From Octopus bimaculoides (Eukaryota): a stretch of 64,000 nt of DNA. The stretch spans positions 30,298,602 through 30,362,601 of the forward strand of contig NC_068982.1 in the NCBI RefSeq assembly GCF_001194135.2. The letters are read 5' to 3'. The stretch's first letter is position 1. The number at the start of each line of letters is the position of its first letter. Positions 24,700 through 37,335 of this stretch are shown here, in pieces. A program made the position numbers and the translations under genes. The notes under the pieces were generated by a model that ran no database searches, was not told the DNA's origin, and was given only the letters and a program-made list of their open reading frames with translations.

Positions 24700-25035
24700 G
24701 TGAAGGCACATGGCTCAGTAATTAGAACGTTTGACTCACAATCATAAGGTAGTGAGTTCAATTCCCTGACTGAGCTGTGTGTTGTGTTCTTGAGCAAGAC
24801 ACTTTATTTCGCATTACTCCAGTTCACTCAGCCATGAAAATGAGTCACAACATCACTGGGGCCAAGTTGTATCAACCTTTGCCTTTCCCATGGATAACAT
24901 CAGTAGCATGGACAGGGGAGACTGGTATGGATGGGCAACTGCTGGTCTTGCACAAACAGCGTCGCCCAGACTTGTGCCTCAGAGCAGAACTTTCTAGGTG
25001 CAATCTCATGGTCATTCATGACCAAAGGGGGTTTT
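24700..25035 (+). mobile_element. SINE-A
   Basis: Collinear with 1466-1800 over its full length. Abuts SINE-B tail-to-tail. Confidence 0.88.
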
Positions 25036-25038
25036 TAC

Positions 25039-25235
25039 CTCTTTTACTCTTTTACTTGTTTCAGTCATTTGACTGTGGCCATGCTGGAGCACTGCCTTTA
25101 GTTGAGCAAATCGACCCCAGGACTCATTCTTTGTAAGCCTAGTACTTATTCTATCGGTCTCTTTTGCTGAACCGCTAAGTTACGGGAATGTAAACACACC
25201 AGCATCGGTTGTCAAGCGATGTTGGGGGGACAAAC

Positions 25236-25276
<41 letters not shown>

Positions 25277-25427
25277 CGACAGGCTTCTTTCAGTTTCCGT
25301 CTACGAAATCCACTCACAAGGCTTTGGTCGGCCCAAGGCTTGCCCAAGGTGCCACGGAGTGGGACTGAACCTGGAACCATGTGGTTGGTAAGCAAGCTAC
25401 TTACCACACAGCCACTCCTGCGCCTAT
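25039..25427 (-). mobile_element. SINE-B, near full length
   Basis: CTCTTTTACTCTTTTACTTGTTTC tail to CCACTCCTGCGCCTAT head. Confidence 0.92.
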
Positions 25428-26284
25428 GTGACAACATTTTGAAAATATATTTACTGCCATACTAAGTAATTTCCATGTACATAACTGGCACTCTGTTGGT
25501 TACAACAACAAGGGTTTTAGTTGGTCTGAGCAACAGAACTGTCTGCTTGTGAAATTAATATGCAAGTCGTTGAACACTCCACAGGCATGTGTACCCTTAA
25601 ACCTTTTGATACCAACCCACCTGACACCGCCTCTGGCTTTTAATTACAAATGTCTTCGTTTCAAAAGCTCTGAATTAAAATCTTCCACCAAACCTTCGTC
25701 ACAGTTTATTTTCCTAACACTAGCTGAATGATGACTCAGTTACTTTACTAAATTCTTTGTTATATTGAAAATTAATTGAAAGGAACACAAAGCATCTGAA
25801 CAAAATAAGGCAATAAAATAAGGCAACAAAAGAGCTAATGTAGTTCTCAGAGATATTCAGCGTGACACAGAATGTGACAAGGCTGGCCGTTTTAATTACA
25901 GGTACAGCTCATATATGCCAGCTGAGTGAACTGGAACAACATGAAATAAAGAATCTTGCTCAAGGACACAACACCCCACCAGAAATTGAGCTAATGACTA
26001 TACAATCATGAAACGAACACCCTAACTGTTAAGCTATGCATCTCAAGTTGAAATAAAAATAAATATTTTACTTATTTATGAACAAATGATGAGCTGATAC
26101 AAAAAGCAGTCTTCTATACAGTCTTCTAAATTAAATTATTTTATTAGTAACACACTAATTAACAAAGTATACAATACAGATTGTAAATCCAAAGTGATAG
26201 AAAGAAAAAAACAAATTGGTTTCTTGCTTTATCTTTTCACAAAATAAGCTCATTTCCAATTTTCTTTATTTCTTGCAAATTCAG

Positions 26285-27020
26285 GGTGGCTGCAGGGTAA
26301 GAAGTTTGATTCCAGTTTCAGTCCTAATTCGTAGCACCTTGTCCAAGTGCCTTCTGCTATAGCCCCAGGCAGATCAAAGCCTTATTAGTGAATTTGGTAG
26401 GTGGAAACTGAAAGAAGTCCTTCATGTGTATATAGGTGCAGGAGTGGCTGTGTGGTAAGAAGCTTGCTTCCCAGCCACATTGTTCTGGGTTCAGTCCCAC
26501 TGCGTGGCACCTTGGGCAAGTGTCTTCTGCTATAGCCTCGGGCTGACCTAAATCTTGTGAGTGGATATGGTAGACGGAAACTGAAAGAAGCCCATCATAT
26601 ATATATATATATATGTGTGTGTCTGTGTCTGTGTTTGTCCCCCACCCCACCATCGCTTGACAACCAATGTTGGTGAGTTTATGTCCCTGTGACTTAGCAG
26701 TTCAATAAAAGGGACTGATAGAATAAGTACTAGACTTTCAAAAGGATAAATCCTGGGTTCGACTGAAAGTGGTGCTCCAGAATGGGACTGAAACAAGTAA
26801 AAGAATAAAAGTGTGTTTGTGTTTGTTCTTCTCCCACCACCACCTGACAGTTAGTACTGGTTTCTTTATGTCTCCATAACTTAGCAGTTCTGTAACAGAG
26901 ACTGATAGAATAAGTACCAGGCTTATAAAATTAAGTACTGAGATTGATTTGTTCAACTAAAAATCTTCAAAGCAATGCTCCAACATGGCTGCAGTCCTGT
27001 GACTGAAAACAGTAACAGAT
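26285..27020 (+). mobile_element. Tandem SINE-B cluster (partial head, full copy 26432-26815, second 3' half)
   Basis: Repeated head motif GCACCTTG...AAGTG.CTTCTGCTATAGCC and two 3' halves. Confidence 0.8.
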
Positions 27021-27776
27021 ATATGTTGCTAATTTAACCCCTGGGTAAACAAAATTTATTCCGAGGAAGATAAAAGGTATGTGAGTTAGGAGTATATTTC
27101 CTCTTGTCCTTTTCAGAATGATAAACAAAAAGGCACCAGTAAAAGGTTGCTGGCATTGTGTGTAAATCAGAAACAATTGTTGTTGTTAAAGAAGTGAGGT
27201 GGTAGAATCATTACCTCAGTGGACAAAAGTGCTTGGTGGCACCCCTTCCTGCTCTTTACATTTTTAGTTAAAATTCTGTCAGCTTTGCTTTTCATCCCCA
27301 TAGAGTCGATAAAATAAGTACCAGTTCTATATTGGATCCAATGTAACCAGCTTATCTCCACCCTTAAAATGGCACCAAAATTAGAAACCATTATTATTAT
27401 TAGTGTTTAGTTTCTCAGTCTGCCCTTTATTCAAATAATGTGGATTTGATGAAAGAACTGTCATGCTGTAACTATTTTTGTCTTGCAGCAAGACTATTGA
27501 TATTTTAGAGTGGTAGAGAAGAATGTTCATAAATGAAGGATGTTTTCGTTTTTTGTTTTTGTTGAAATTTTTGGTTTGTTTTTGATCCATTGGCATCAGC
27601 GTCATCATTAATGAGATTTTGTTTCATTTCATTTGGTTTTCTATATTCTTATAATGATAAATGAACATCTATATTATTAGACTTGTGTGCTGTGTATATA
27701 TGTAGATAAGATGTACATCTAAATACATTTGCAAACATAGTTGTGTAAAAAATAGATATGAAGAAATCAGGCACAT

Positions 27777-27830
<54 letters not shown>

Positions 27831-28489
27831 CATGTATCTGTCTATATGTAGCTAGCTAGCTGCCTATCTCTCTGTCTGCATGCCTACGTACGTATATGTA
27901 TTTATGTATGTATATATAAACTAATCAGTTACAGGCACATTGTTTTGTTAAATTTTGGTCATGAAATATTTATAGAATTTTTGATATTCTCACGACTTTT
28001 GTAAAATCGAGGTAAACAGTTATCTTCTTTTTGGTTATTACTTGATTAAATTCCAACTTCTGTTGGCTTTCGTTCTTAGTGCTCATGTATTAAAGTAGTA
28101 GTAGTTGTTTTGGTGTTTATACCCAGCTTGAGATCAACTGAGCACATCTGAGTTTTGCTCACATTTCGAGCAAGTTAAATGCTTCTAATGTTCACTTGTT
28201 TGTGTAAAATCCCCTGGAGTTAATGTGGCATTAAACCCAAATGGTGCTGGTACAGATGTCCTGTTTCAGTGATTATGCTACCCATGCTGGCATGAAACAT
28301 GGACGCTAAATGATGATGATGATGATGATATAGTGTAACCTATGCCAGCATAGACAATGGATGTTATATGATGCTGAAAAAGATGATGAAGTAGTTTTCT
28401 GATTAGCAAGGTACTGTACTTGATAACATACAAAATGTACAGGCATATTAGAGACACTCCCATTTCAGCAGTATTTATCATCATCATCA

Positions 28490-28720
28490 TTTAATGTCTA
28501 CTTTCCATGCTGGCATGGGTTAGATGGCTTCACTGGAACTGGTAAACCAGAGTGCTGCACCAGGTTCCAGTCTATTTTGGATTGGTTTCTACAGCTTGAT
28601 GCTCTTCCTAATGCCAACCACTTCATAGAGTGTACCAGGTGTCTTTTATGTATCACCAGTATGGGAAGCTCTCACGTGTCTCCAGCACTGGTGCCTTCTA
28701 CGAGTCTCTGGCACAAGTGC
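28490..28720 (-). mobile_element. RTE-type 3' tail module
   Basis: (CAT)n TTAATGTCTACTTTCCATGCTGGCATGGGTTAGATGG. Confidence 0.8.
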
Positions 28721-29182
28721 CTCTTAATGTGTTTAGAGCATAAAAACATGTGATATAGGAAAAACTTCACATAGAGGACCCAAGGCAAATTTTTGAAACA
28801 TCCTTCTGGGAAAAAATAGTATGTCTTACATATTGATCAGTTATGTTAATCTGGTTTAAATATTTCATTGTCATACTTCTGTTGACAATGCACTGCTTTT
28901 GTTGCAGTTAATTTTGCTAGTAATAATGAATTTATTAAAATAATTTTATTGTAATAAATCTTGTGTTAATAGTAAATTTTATTGGATAGTTTTAACTGAG
29001 ATCAACTTAAAGCAGAAAGTTCACATCATAAAACCAGGGTTAGTCTCAGGTGTGTTGTTATCATAAGAGTTAAATGGAAAAAAATACAGTGGAGATCTTG
29101 CTTTCAAATGGAAGTGAAGATGGTGACTCAAATATGGTTAAATGCTTCTGAGTTTACTAATTTTTCATATAGTTTCTCAGTG

Positions 29183-29588
29183 CATAGGAGTGGCTGTGTG
29201 GTAAGTAGCTTGCTTACCAACCACATGGTTCCATGTTCAGTCCCACTGCGTAGCACCTTGGGCAAGTGTCTTTTACTATAGCCTCGGGCCAACCAAAGCC
29301 TTGTGAGTGGATTTGGTAGATGGAAACTGAAAGAAGCCCGTCGTATATATGTATATGTATATATATGTATGTGTGTTTGTGTGTCTGTGTTTGTCCCCCC
29401 AACATCGCTTGACAACCGATGCTGGTGTGTTTACGTCCCCATAACTTAGCAGTTCGGCTAAAGAGACCGATAGAATAAGTACTAAGCTTACAAAGAATAA
29501 GTCTTGGGGTCGATTAGCTCGACTAAAAAGGTGGTGCTCCAGCATGGCCACAGTCAAATGACTGAAACAAGTAAAAGAGTAAAAGAGT
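29183..29588 (+). mobile_element. SINE-B, full length, young
   Basis: AGGAGTGGCTGTGTGGTAAG...CAAGTAAAAGAGTAAAAGAG. Confidence 0.93.
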
Positions 29589-30203
29589 TCATGTTGTAAG
29601 TCAAATTTTTGCGCCTAGATAACTGAAATTTTGCATCAGGCACATCTTCTCAAGGAGCAAGTCAATGGGTATGCGAATTTTTATGAAATTTGTTCTTTTT
29701 AGCTATTTGGCAGCGCAAAAGTTAAAAAAATCTAAGAATATTGTATATCCCCAAGCTCTGCAGTAGACACTGGAAAATGTTACTGATTAGAAAAATAATT
29801 CATTTAGACTAATTATGTAAATTAGTGTAGTTTTTGAAATACTGTACTAATTTTCCTAGAAAATGCATAAAAAATGTACAAGTAAAATTTTATTTTAGGC
29901 TCTGCATTTCTGTTTTTTTCTGTTTTGATGGGTGAAGGATGGTCCATTATATGAAGTTCAATTTGAACTATCTTCTAAATGGCTTGGATGCAACAATCCT
30001 GAATAAATCAATATTTCCTTTCAATTGATTAGTATTAGCATTTTCATAAAGTAATTTAACTAAGACTTAGTGCATTCAAATGGTTGTTTCAAGGTGAGTC
30101 GTTTATGCTGTGTACTTGTATTTTTTTTACCCCTGTTGTGACAGATAATTGCATGACTGTTAGTGGATAGGGTCTCCTTCTAGCCCCTACAGTGCAGGTT
30201 TAA

Positions 30204-30411
30204 CCCTTTAGCATTCAAATGTAAGGCTTTTTTATTCGCATTGTTTTGAATTAATCATGCATTATCTCATAACAGTGAAATTTCAACAATGCAATTGTTT
30301 ATTTTTAAAATGACTTTGTATGGTAGGTGTGAGAGGTTAGATCTGGCTAATCTGAACATAAAACAAGCAGAATATTGTGGCTGGATATAGCCGGTTTAAA
30401 TGCTACAGGGG
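30204..30411. mobile_element. piggyBac-type MITE family 1
   Basis: TTAA|CCCTTTAGCATT ... AATGCTACAGGGG|TTAA. Confidence 0.8.
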
Positions 30412-31347
30412 TTAAACTTGTTAATTAAGTTGTTATTATATTAAGAAATGGTCAGAAGGGAATTGAATGGTATACTGACCAACTACAAGTTGTATGCTTC
30501 GAAATTCTTTCATTCTCTTGATTTCCTGCAATTCAGACCACCTCATGGTCCTAGCAGACAAAATGGAAAAAGGTGTTGCCTTGGAGAATGGCAAAGGAGG
30601 TGCACTAGAGCAGCCACCCTGACTCAAGGGGCTTGTGCTTGCAGACAAGCATTTCCTCCCTGACAGCAGTGAGTAAGGATATGGTCTGGGAGCCAAGAAT
30701 ACCAGAGGGCTCCACTGCCACAGGTTCAACCATAAACCTGTCAGAGAGTGATTGATACCTTGACAGTTTTCCTTTCCCAACCTGACAAGCAGTGGAGCCT
30801 GGGCTGCGATGCGCAATAGTAAAACAACATTCATTGGTATGTTTTTACTTCTTTATGGGTATACGTTGGGTCAGAAACAAAATTTATTCATGACATTCAG
30901 CACAGTATCAGGACAATGTTTTATTGCTGTAGACTCTCTTTAAATGGGTTGAAAAATTCCAAAATTGCTATACAAATATTACATACCAAAGAACGTCCAC
31001 ACATCAAGCTGACAACAAAAACCAATATTTTCCATGAGATGGTTGTATTGAGCAGACTGGTAACTATTGATAAACTAATAAATAAATATGAAACTTAGCT
31101 ATGATTCTATTCACAAAATCATTCACATTGGACTTGACTTTAGTAAAGTTCATACTAGAGAAGTACCAATTCAACTCACAGAATTACATAAATAGCATAG
31201 TTTATAATGTATGGACGATGTCCCGCTCTTTTGGTTGCAAAGCTAATACCTTCTGAGAGGAAAATCACTTTTGCTAATGAGACATGGATACCAACACAAT
31301 GGATTACCAACCAAAGTGTTAACGTCAGAGTATCGAATGGAAACATC

Positions 31348-31601
31348 AGCGTAGCTGTGTGTTAAGAAGTTTGCCTCTCAACTACTTGGCTCTGGGTTCA
31401 CTCTCACTGCATGGCACTTCGGGCAAATGCTTTCTACTGTAACCTCAGGCCAACCAAAGCCTTGTGAGTGGATTTAGTAAATGACAAAAACTGAAGAAGC
31501 CTGTTGTGTATATATATATATATATATATNNNNNNNNNNNNNNNNNNNNNNNNNNNNNNNNNNNNNNNNNNNNNNNNNNNNNNNNNNNTATATATATGGG
31601 T

Positions 31602-31635
<34 letters not shown>

Positions 31636-31710
31636 CTGTGTCTCTTTGTGCCTTTGTTTGTCTCTTTGACAAATGGTGTTGATGTGTTTATGTCCTCGTG
31701 CTTGTTTATG
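31348..31710 (+). mobile_element. SINE-B, decayed, gap in microsatellite
   Basis: GTAGCTGTGTGTTAAGAAG...AAAGCCTTGTGAGTGGATTT. Confidence 0.8.
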
Positions 31711-32869
31711 TCCTCAAGCTAGGTATAAACACCAAAACAACTACTACTACTTTAATACATGAACACTAAGAACTATAGCCACACCAATTTGGACAGAATT
31801 GTTATTTTTATAAGAATGGGATGGTTCATATCTGAAAACAGCCTCAGGAGTTGTGAAGAATGAATTTGTATGTAGTCTGTTTCTGAGAGCTATTCTATTG
31901 GACCTCTGTCTAATCATTAGAGCATTGATTTAATGATCTAGCATTAAGTGCTGCAACATGCATTTGCTGATCTTGAGAAAATCTCAACTAGCTTCTCTCT
32001 TCAGACTCTCGCCTTTGGTTTTCTACAATCCTCCTTGCTTTATACTTGTTTCTGGAGAGATTACGTCTTTTCTTTGGTGGCATATTTTCCCCAATATTGT
32101 AAACAAAAATTATGAACATACAAAGAAATTATACATTGATCCCTATTTTTGTAAGCAGTTGTATCCATAAAAATTTTATTTGAAGAAAGCAGAAATTGAA
32201 AGAAGAGAAAGTGAAAAGAACAGAGAAAGAAAGTGAAAGATGTATGTACGTCTATATGAAATGGACGTGTGTGTGTGTGTGCGTGCATGCTTGCACGTGT
32301 GTATGTGATAGAGTAAGACGGTGAGAAAGAGAGATAGAGTGAAGGTGTGTGTCGTGATGATTGATGTCTTTTAAGGTACACACGCATATAGAAAATGTGA
32401 CGTCATCGTATAAAATGTTTATGAAAGTTAATTTATGAAAAAGATTATGTTAAATTTTTGGAATGCAAATATATGAATGGAAATTAATTTGTTGCCAAAA
32501 TAGTTCTGAATCTTTTGAAACCCCATACGTCAAAATCTGTAACTCGGTTTTGGAAAGCATAAGGAATATATAATATATAGGACAGTATCTTACTTAACAA
32601 TACAGACGTAAGACCTGGTATAAATAGCAGCCAAATCTCCCTCAAAACAGCCTATGTCTTAATCCGACAATTCTGCCTATTATGTAGTTTGAGTGAGAAA
32701 CTGTAACTAAAGATTAAGATTATTAATGCCGCAGAGACAGGAAAGAAGAGAGACAGCATAGCGACAGTTTTGGCTGACTGTCATCTTGTACTCCCCTTGT
32801 TGCTAGTGAAATGGTATGTGCCGGCTGTCTGAGCAACTGGTTGTTTTAGTGGCAGAACCAACAGGACAT

Positions 32870-33021
32870 TAAAGATTACAAAAATAGCGATTCTCGCTTT
32901 GAAATTAACGATTTTGAAAATCTTTTCAGATTACGGAGTGCCACGCTCTCTCATGTATCCATGCGTAAAATTTCAGCCCGATCGGATGAAGAATACTCGA
33001 GTTATAAGCGCGCAGACATAT
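32870..33021 (-). mobile_element. Helitron-like subterminal segment (young, CpG-rich)
   Basis: AAATTTCAGCCCGATCGGATGAAGAATACTCGAGTTATAAGCGCGCAGACATA, homologous in layout to 9740-9800. The terminus lies in the gap. Confidence 0.55.
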
Positions 33022-33575
33022 NNNNNNNNNNNNNNNNNNNNNNNNNNNNNNNNNNNNNNNNNNNNNNNNNNNNNNNNNNNNNNNNNNNNNNNNNNNNNNN
33101 NNNNNNNNNNATATATATGCAGATATATATATATATATATATGCAGATATCTATATCTATGTATATATGTATAATACACATACAGATACACACACACACA
33201 CACATGAAAGTATGTATAAACATTTACAAACATATAATTCATATATTTCAGTAATGCATAGCTAAATAATTAGATTATTATATCTGGTCTGTTGAGATAC
33301 TTGATACTTCTCATTTACATCAGCATTTTCTTTGTTAACATTTCCGGCTTTAGCAGGGGTAAATACATATAATAGAGACCATGTATTGATATCCTGTCAC
33401 CTAACTACATCTGTAGAAAGACATGATGGGGAATTAAGGGATGCTATTTCTAGGAATATGCCATATGTACTGATATGCCATAGTACTGTTATGAAGAAAC
33501 TAACATTGAATGTCTAAATATCTCTTGTTGCAAAACAATGCTTTTTGACCAGGTTATGTCGTGCAACCCCATGGT

Positions 33576-33615
<40 letters not shown>

Positions 33616-33734
33616 ACACACACTCTTTCTCACTTCAGTTTCTGTCTAGCAAAGCCATTCACAAGGCTTTAGTTGGCCTGTAGTCATAGTAGAAGACATT
33701 TGCTCAAGAAATCTGTAACCATACCAAAACAGGC

Positions 33735-33935
33735 CTTGCCAATGATGGTGCCGTGTAAAAAGCACTCAGTCCAGTCTGTAAGGTGGTTGGTGTTAGGAAG
33801 GACATCCAGCTGTAGAAACTTTGCCAGATCAGATTGGAGCCTGGTGTAGCCTTCTTGCTCGCCAGCCCTTAGTGAAACCATCCAACCCATGCCAGTATGG
33901 AAAGTGGATGTTAAACAACGATGATGATGATGATT
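33735..33935 (+). mobile_element. RTE-type 3' tail module
   Basis: GTGGTTGGTGTTAGGAAGGACATCCAGCTG...CCAACCCATGCCAGTATGG...(GAT)n. Confidence 0.85.
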
Positions 33936-34486
33936 CATTCTTCTTGGCTTTTTTTCATGTCTGCATTATGAGATGAAAATTTTACAAAGCTCCAGTCCAC
34001 TCAGCTGGTAAAAATGAGTTGAACCTGTATTACAGAGCATCAGCCTTGTTACATTCTCTGTTGTGCTGAGTCTCCTTGAGAACTATATGGGTACACATGT
34101 CTGTGGAGTGCTCAGTCACTTTCATGTTAATTTGACTAGACAGCTGTTCCATTGGTTGGACCAACTGGAACCCTTGTTGTCATAACCAATGGAGTGCCAG
34201 TATATGTATGTGTTTATGGAGACATATTATTAATTTGGTTGTTGAAATGTAGCTCAATTTGTTATAGTTCATAACAGTTTTATTGGCAAAAGTTCTAAAG
34301 TTAGCACAAATCGAAATGTTTAAATTCAATAACATTTAGGAATAAATATCTATCTCTTACTCTCAAAAAGTTTGTTTCTGTATACAGTTTTTATTCTATA
34401 AACCATTTCTGTTTAATGTATCTTTTAGCATATCATGGTTCTTGTAAGCTGTTTCATCATCATCATCATCATCATCATTATTATTA

Positions 34487-34696
34487 AGGCAGTGAGCTGG
34501 CAGAATTGTTAGCATGTTGGACGAAATGCTTAGCAGTATTTTGCCCGTCGCTGTCTCATGAGTTCTGCCGAGATCAACTTTACTTTTCATCCTTTCGGGG
34601 TTGATAAATTAAGTACCAGTTGAGTACGGGGGGGGGGGGGCATGTAATTGACTAGCCCCCTCCCCCAAATTTCAAACCTTATGCCTATAATAGAAA

Positions 34697-34706
<10 letters not shown>
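34487..34706 (+). mobile_element. SINE-C flanked by (ATT)n
   Basis: AAGGCAGTGAGCTGGCAGAATTGTTAGC...TCATCCTTTCGGGGTTGATAAATTAAGTACCAG. Confidence 0.85.
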
Positions 34707-34733
<27 letters not shown>

Positions 34734-36665
34734 GTTGTTGTTGTTAGTATTACTATGCTCATCATTATTACATTAGTAATGAGAATGTTCTATTGTTTCA
34801 CATGTGGTCTTGTTACAAAGTTTGAGGTACTGTTGTATTATTAATATATATTGATCTCTTATATCAATTTCCGTTTTCTTTTTTTTTTCTTATTTAAATC
34901 ATTAATCATCATTTAGCATGTGTATTCGTTGCTTTCAGGTTGACACCAATTTAAATAAATACTCACAAAGCAGGAACTCATTTGTATTTCAGATTAGGTA
35001 ATTCTTATCAAATTAGAAGACTATCGCATATAACTAATAGTTGGTTCTGTGTGATTTGATCCATGGCTTCATTTTAACGTTGGTATAACCAATCAATATT
35101 TTTGATTCAGTAAGCTGCCTCATATATCTGTCTGCTCATTTACTAGCCGTCTCTTTTAGAGATAATATCCTCAACATTTCAAAAGTCATTGGTTCGGGTA
35201 AAATAAAACACTGTATTTTGATTTTGATTTTGATTTTTCAAATTATTACTACTGCTGGAGATTGGAAATAGATTCCACTTTTACAAGACTGACAGTGTTC
35301 AAGACCTTTTCATCCAATTGTCCCTTTCTTATATTTGTCTCCTTGTAAATACATGGTCATTGCATTTTATGTATGATTCACATGTATTGGAAAGGATAGA
35401 TGAAGAACCACACACATACACACACACACACATGCACAACTGGGCTTGTATTCATGTTTACCAGATTATGGTTGAAAAGCTATGTTATTGGTGTCAAACT
35501 GTGCTTTTTAATTTCTCTTTTGCCTGCAGGTTTTTCTTTGCCAGCTTTATTGTTGCATTGATAACTAGAGAAGCAAAATTCAAACAATTATGGCATATTG
35601 CATCTTGCAATTTTCTCTTTCATTGCAAGGTTTTCTTTTATGCTTGAAATCTTCAGATAATTCCCCTCTTCATTGGTTAGACATACGTGCAAACATATAT
35701 TTGCAGGTAGAGGTGTAAGGCCACCTATACATCATATACATACTAGTAAGTAACTCTAGCTATATATATCTGTGTATATATTCTCAGATATAGATGTGGA
35801 TATTTGTATGTGTATAGATTTTGAATGTGATTATATGTACATAAACACATATATGTATATGTGTTTGTATATGTATGCAGGTTCATGTATGCTTGTATAT
35901 GTATGGAGGTATGTATATAAAGTATGTCTGTTTGTGTATCTTCATGTACGCATGTGTGTATGTGCACATATATATTTAGACATGTATATGTGTGTGTGTG
36001 TGTATGTATATATATANNNNNNNNNNNNNNNNNNNNNNNNNNNNNNNNNNNNNNNNNNNNNNNNNNNNNNNNNNNNNNNNNNNNNNNNNNNNNNNNNNNN
36101 NNNNNNNNNNNNNNNNNNNNNNNNNNNNNNNNNNNNNNNNNNNNNNNNNNNNNNNNNNNNNNNNNNNNNNNNNNNNNNNNNNNNNNNNNNNNNNNNNNNN
36201 NNNNNNNNNNNNNNNNNNNNNNNNNNNNNNNNNNNNNNNNNNNNNNNNNNNNNNNNNNNNNNNNNNNNNNNNNNNNNNNNNNNNNNNNNNNNNNNNNNNN
36301 NNNNNNNNNNNNNNNNNNNNNNNNNNNNNNNNNNNNNNNNNNNNNNNNNNNNTGTGAATTGAACAACTTCTGAGTAAACTTAGCAAAGACAAAAGTTTTA
36401 CTTAGAATGAAAGGAGCCTGGGCTCTATTGCCATTTGTGGAATGGCTGTACTAATTTTAATGGAAAGAACCCAGCAGCCTGTTTTGCTTGTACAGATTAT
36501 ATGTGAACTGTGGGTGCACAAGAGATGCAATAATATTGCAGATGCACAGGAGTTGTTTACAGTAAAAATATCAACAAAATAAATTCTTTTAAATATTTGG
36601 TTGGTTTTCCTAGAATTAAGCCAAAGCTTTTTTTTTATACAGGTGATATCACCCTTCATTATTAA

Positions 36666-36883
36666 CCCTTTAGCATTTAAACTGACCATATCTGGGTAAA
36701 GTATTCTAGCTGTTTTATATTCAAAGTGGTCTGATCTGACCTCTCACAACTACCTAACAATGTCATTTTAGAAATAAAGTCATGGCATCGAAATCTCAAA
36801 ATTGTAAGTAAATATATGACTGATGCAAAACAATGTGGGTTAATAAGCATTGGATTTGGCAGAAAAATCTGAATGCTGAAGGG
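36666..36883. mobile_element. piggyBac-type MITE family 1 (further fragments at 36890-36980, 37340-37450, 37820-38270)
   Basis: TTAA|CCCTTTAGCATT ... AATGCTGAAGGG|TTAA. Confidence 0.85.
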
Positions 36884-36984
36884 TTAAACCAACCATACCT
36901 GGACCAAATATTCTGCCTGTTTCATGTTCAAGCCTGCCAGATGCAGCCTCTCACATCTACCCTACAAAGTCATTCTGAAAATAA

Positions 36985-37335
36985 TCATGGCTGTGTTGTA
37001 AGAAGCTTGCTTCCCAACCACATGGTTCTGGGTTCAGTTCCACTGCCTGACACCTTGGGCAGGTGTCTTCTACTATAGCCCCTGGATGACCAAAACCTTG
37101 TGAGTGGATTTGGTTGACGGACACAAATCTTCGTGTCTGTGTTTGCACTCCCCATCACTGCTTGGCAACAAGTGCTGGTGTGTTTACGTCCTTATAACTT
37201 AGTGGTTCAGCAAAAGAGACCAATAGAAATGTATTAGGCTTAAGAAATAAGTCCTGGGGTCAATTGTTTGACTGGAAACACTTCACAGTGATGCTCCAGC
37301 ATGGCCACCGTCAGATGACTGAAACAAGTAAAACA
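36985..37335 (+). mobile_element. SINE-B
   Basis: CATGGCTGTGTTGTAAGAAG...GACTGAAACAAGTAAAAC. Confidence 0.85.

Noticed and set aside
30436-30838. GC-richer block with ORFs and plus-strand splice-like sites
   Set aside because: No frame is open between acceptor and donor. It is possibly an old LINE 3' fragment, but the motifs are too weak to call.
34939-34997. Plus-strand 59-nt exon candidate (TTGCTTTCAG|...TTAG|GTAATT)
   Set aside because: Isolated, with an unrecognised peptide and no compatible neighbours. It is on the opposite strand to the other candidates.
8744-36392. Long ORFs spanning N runs (8744, 8822, 20259, 23146, 35743, 35772 etc.)
   Set aside because: Open only because Ns hide stops, and the flanks are TA/CA microsatellites.
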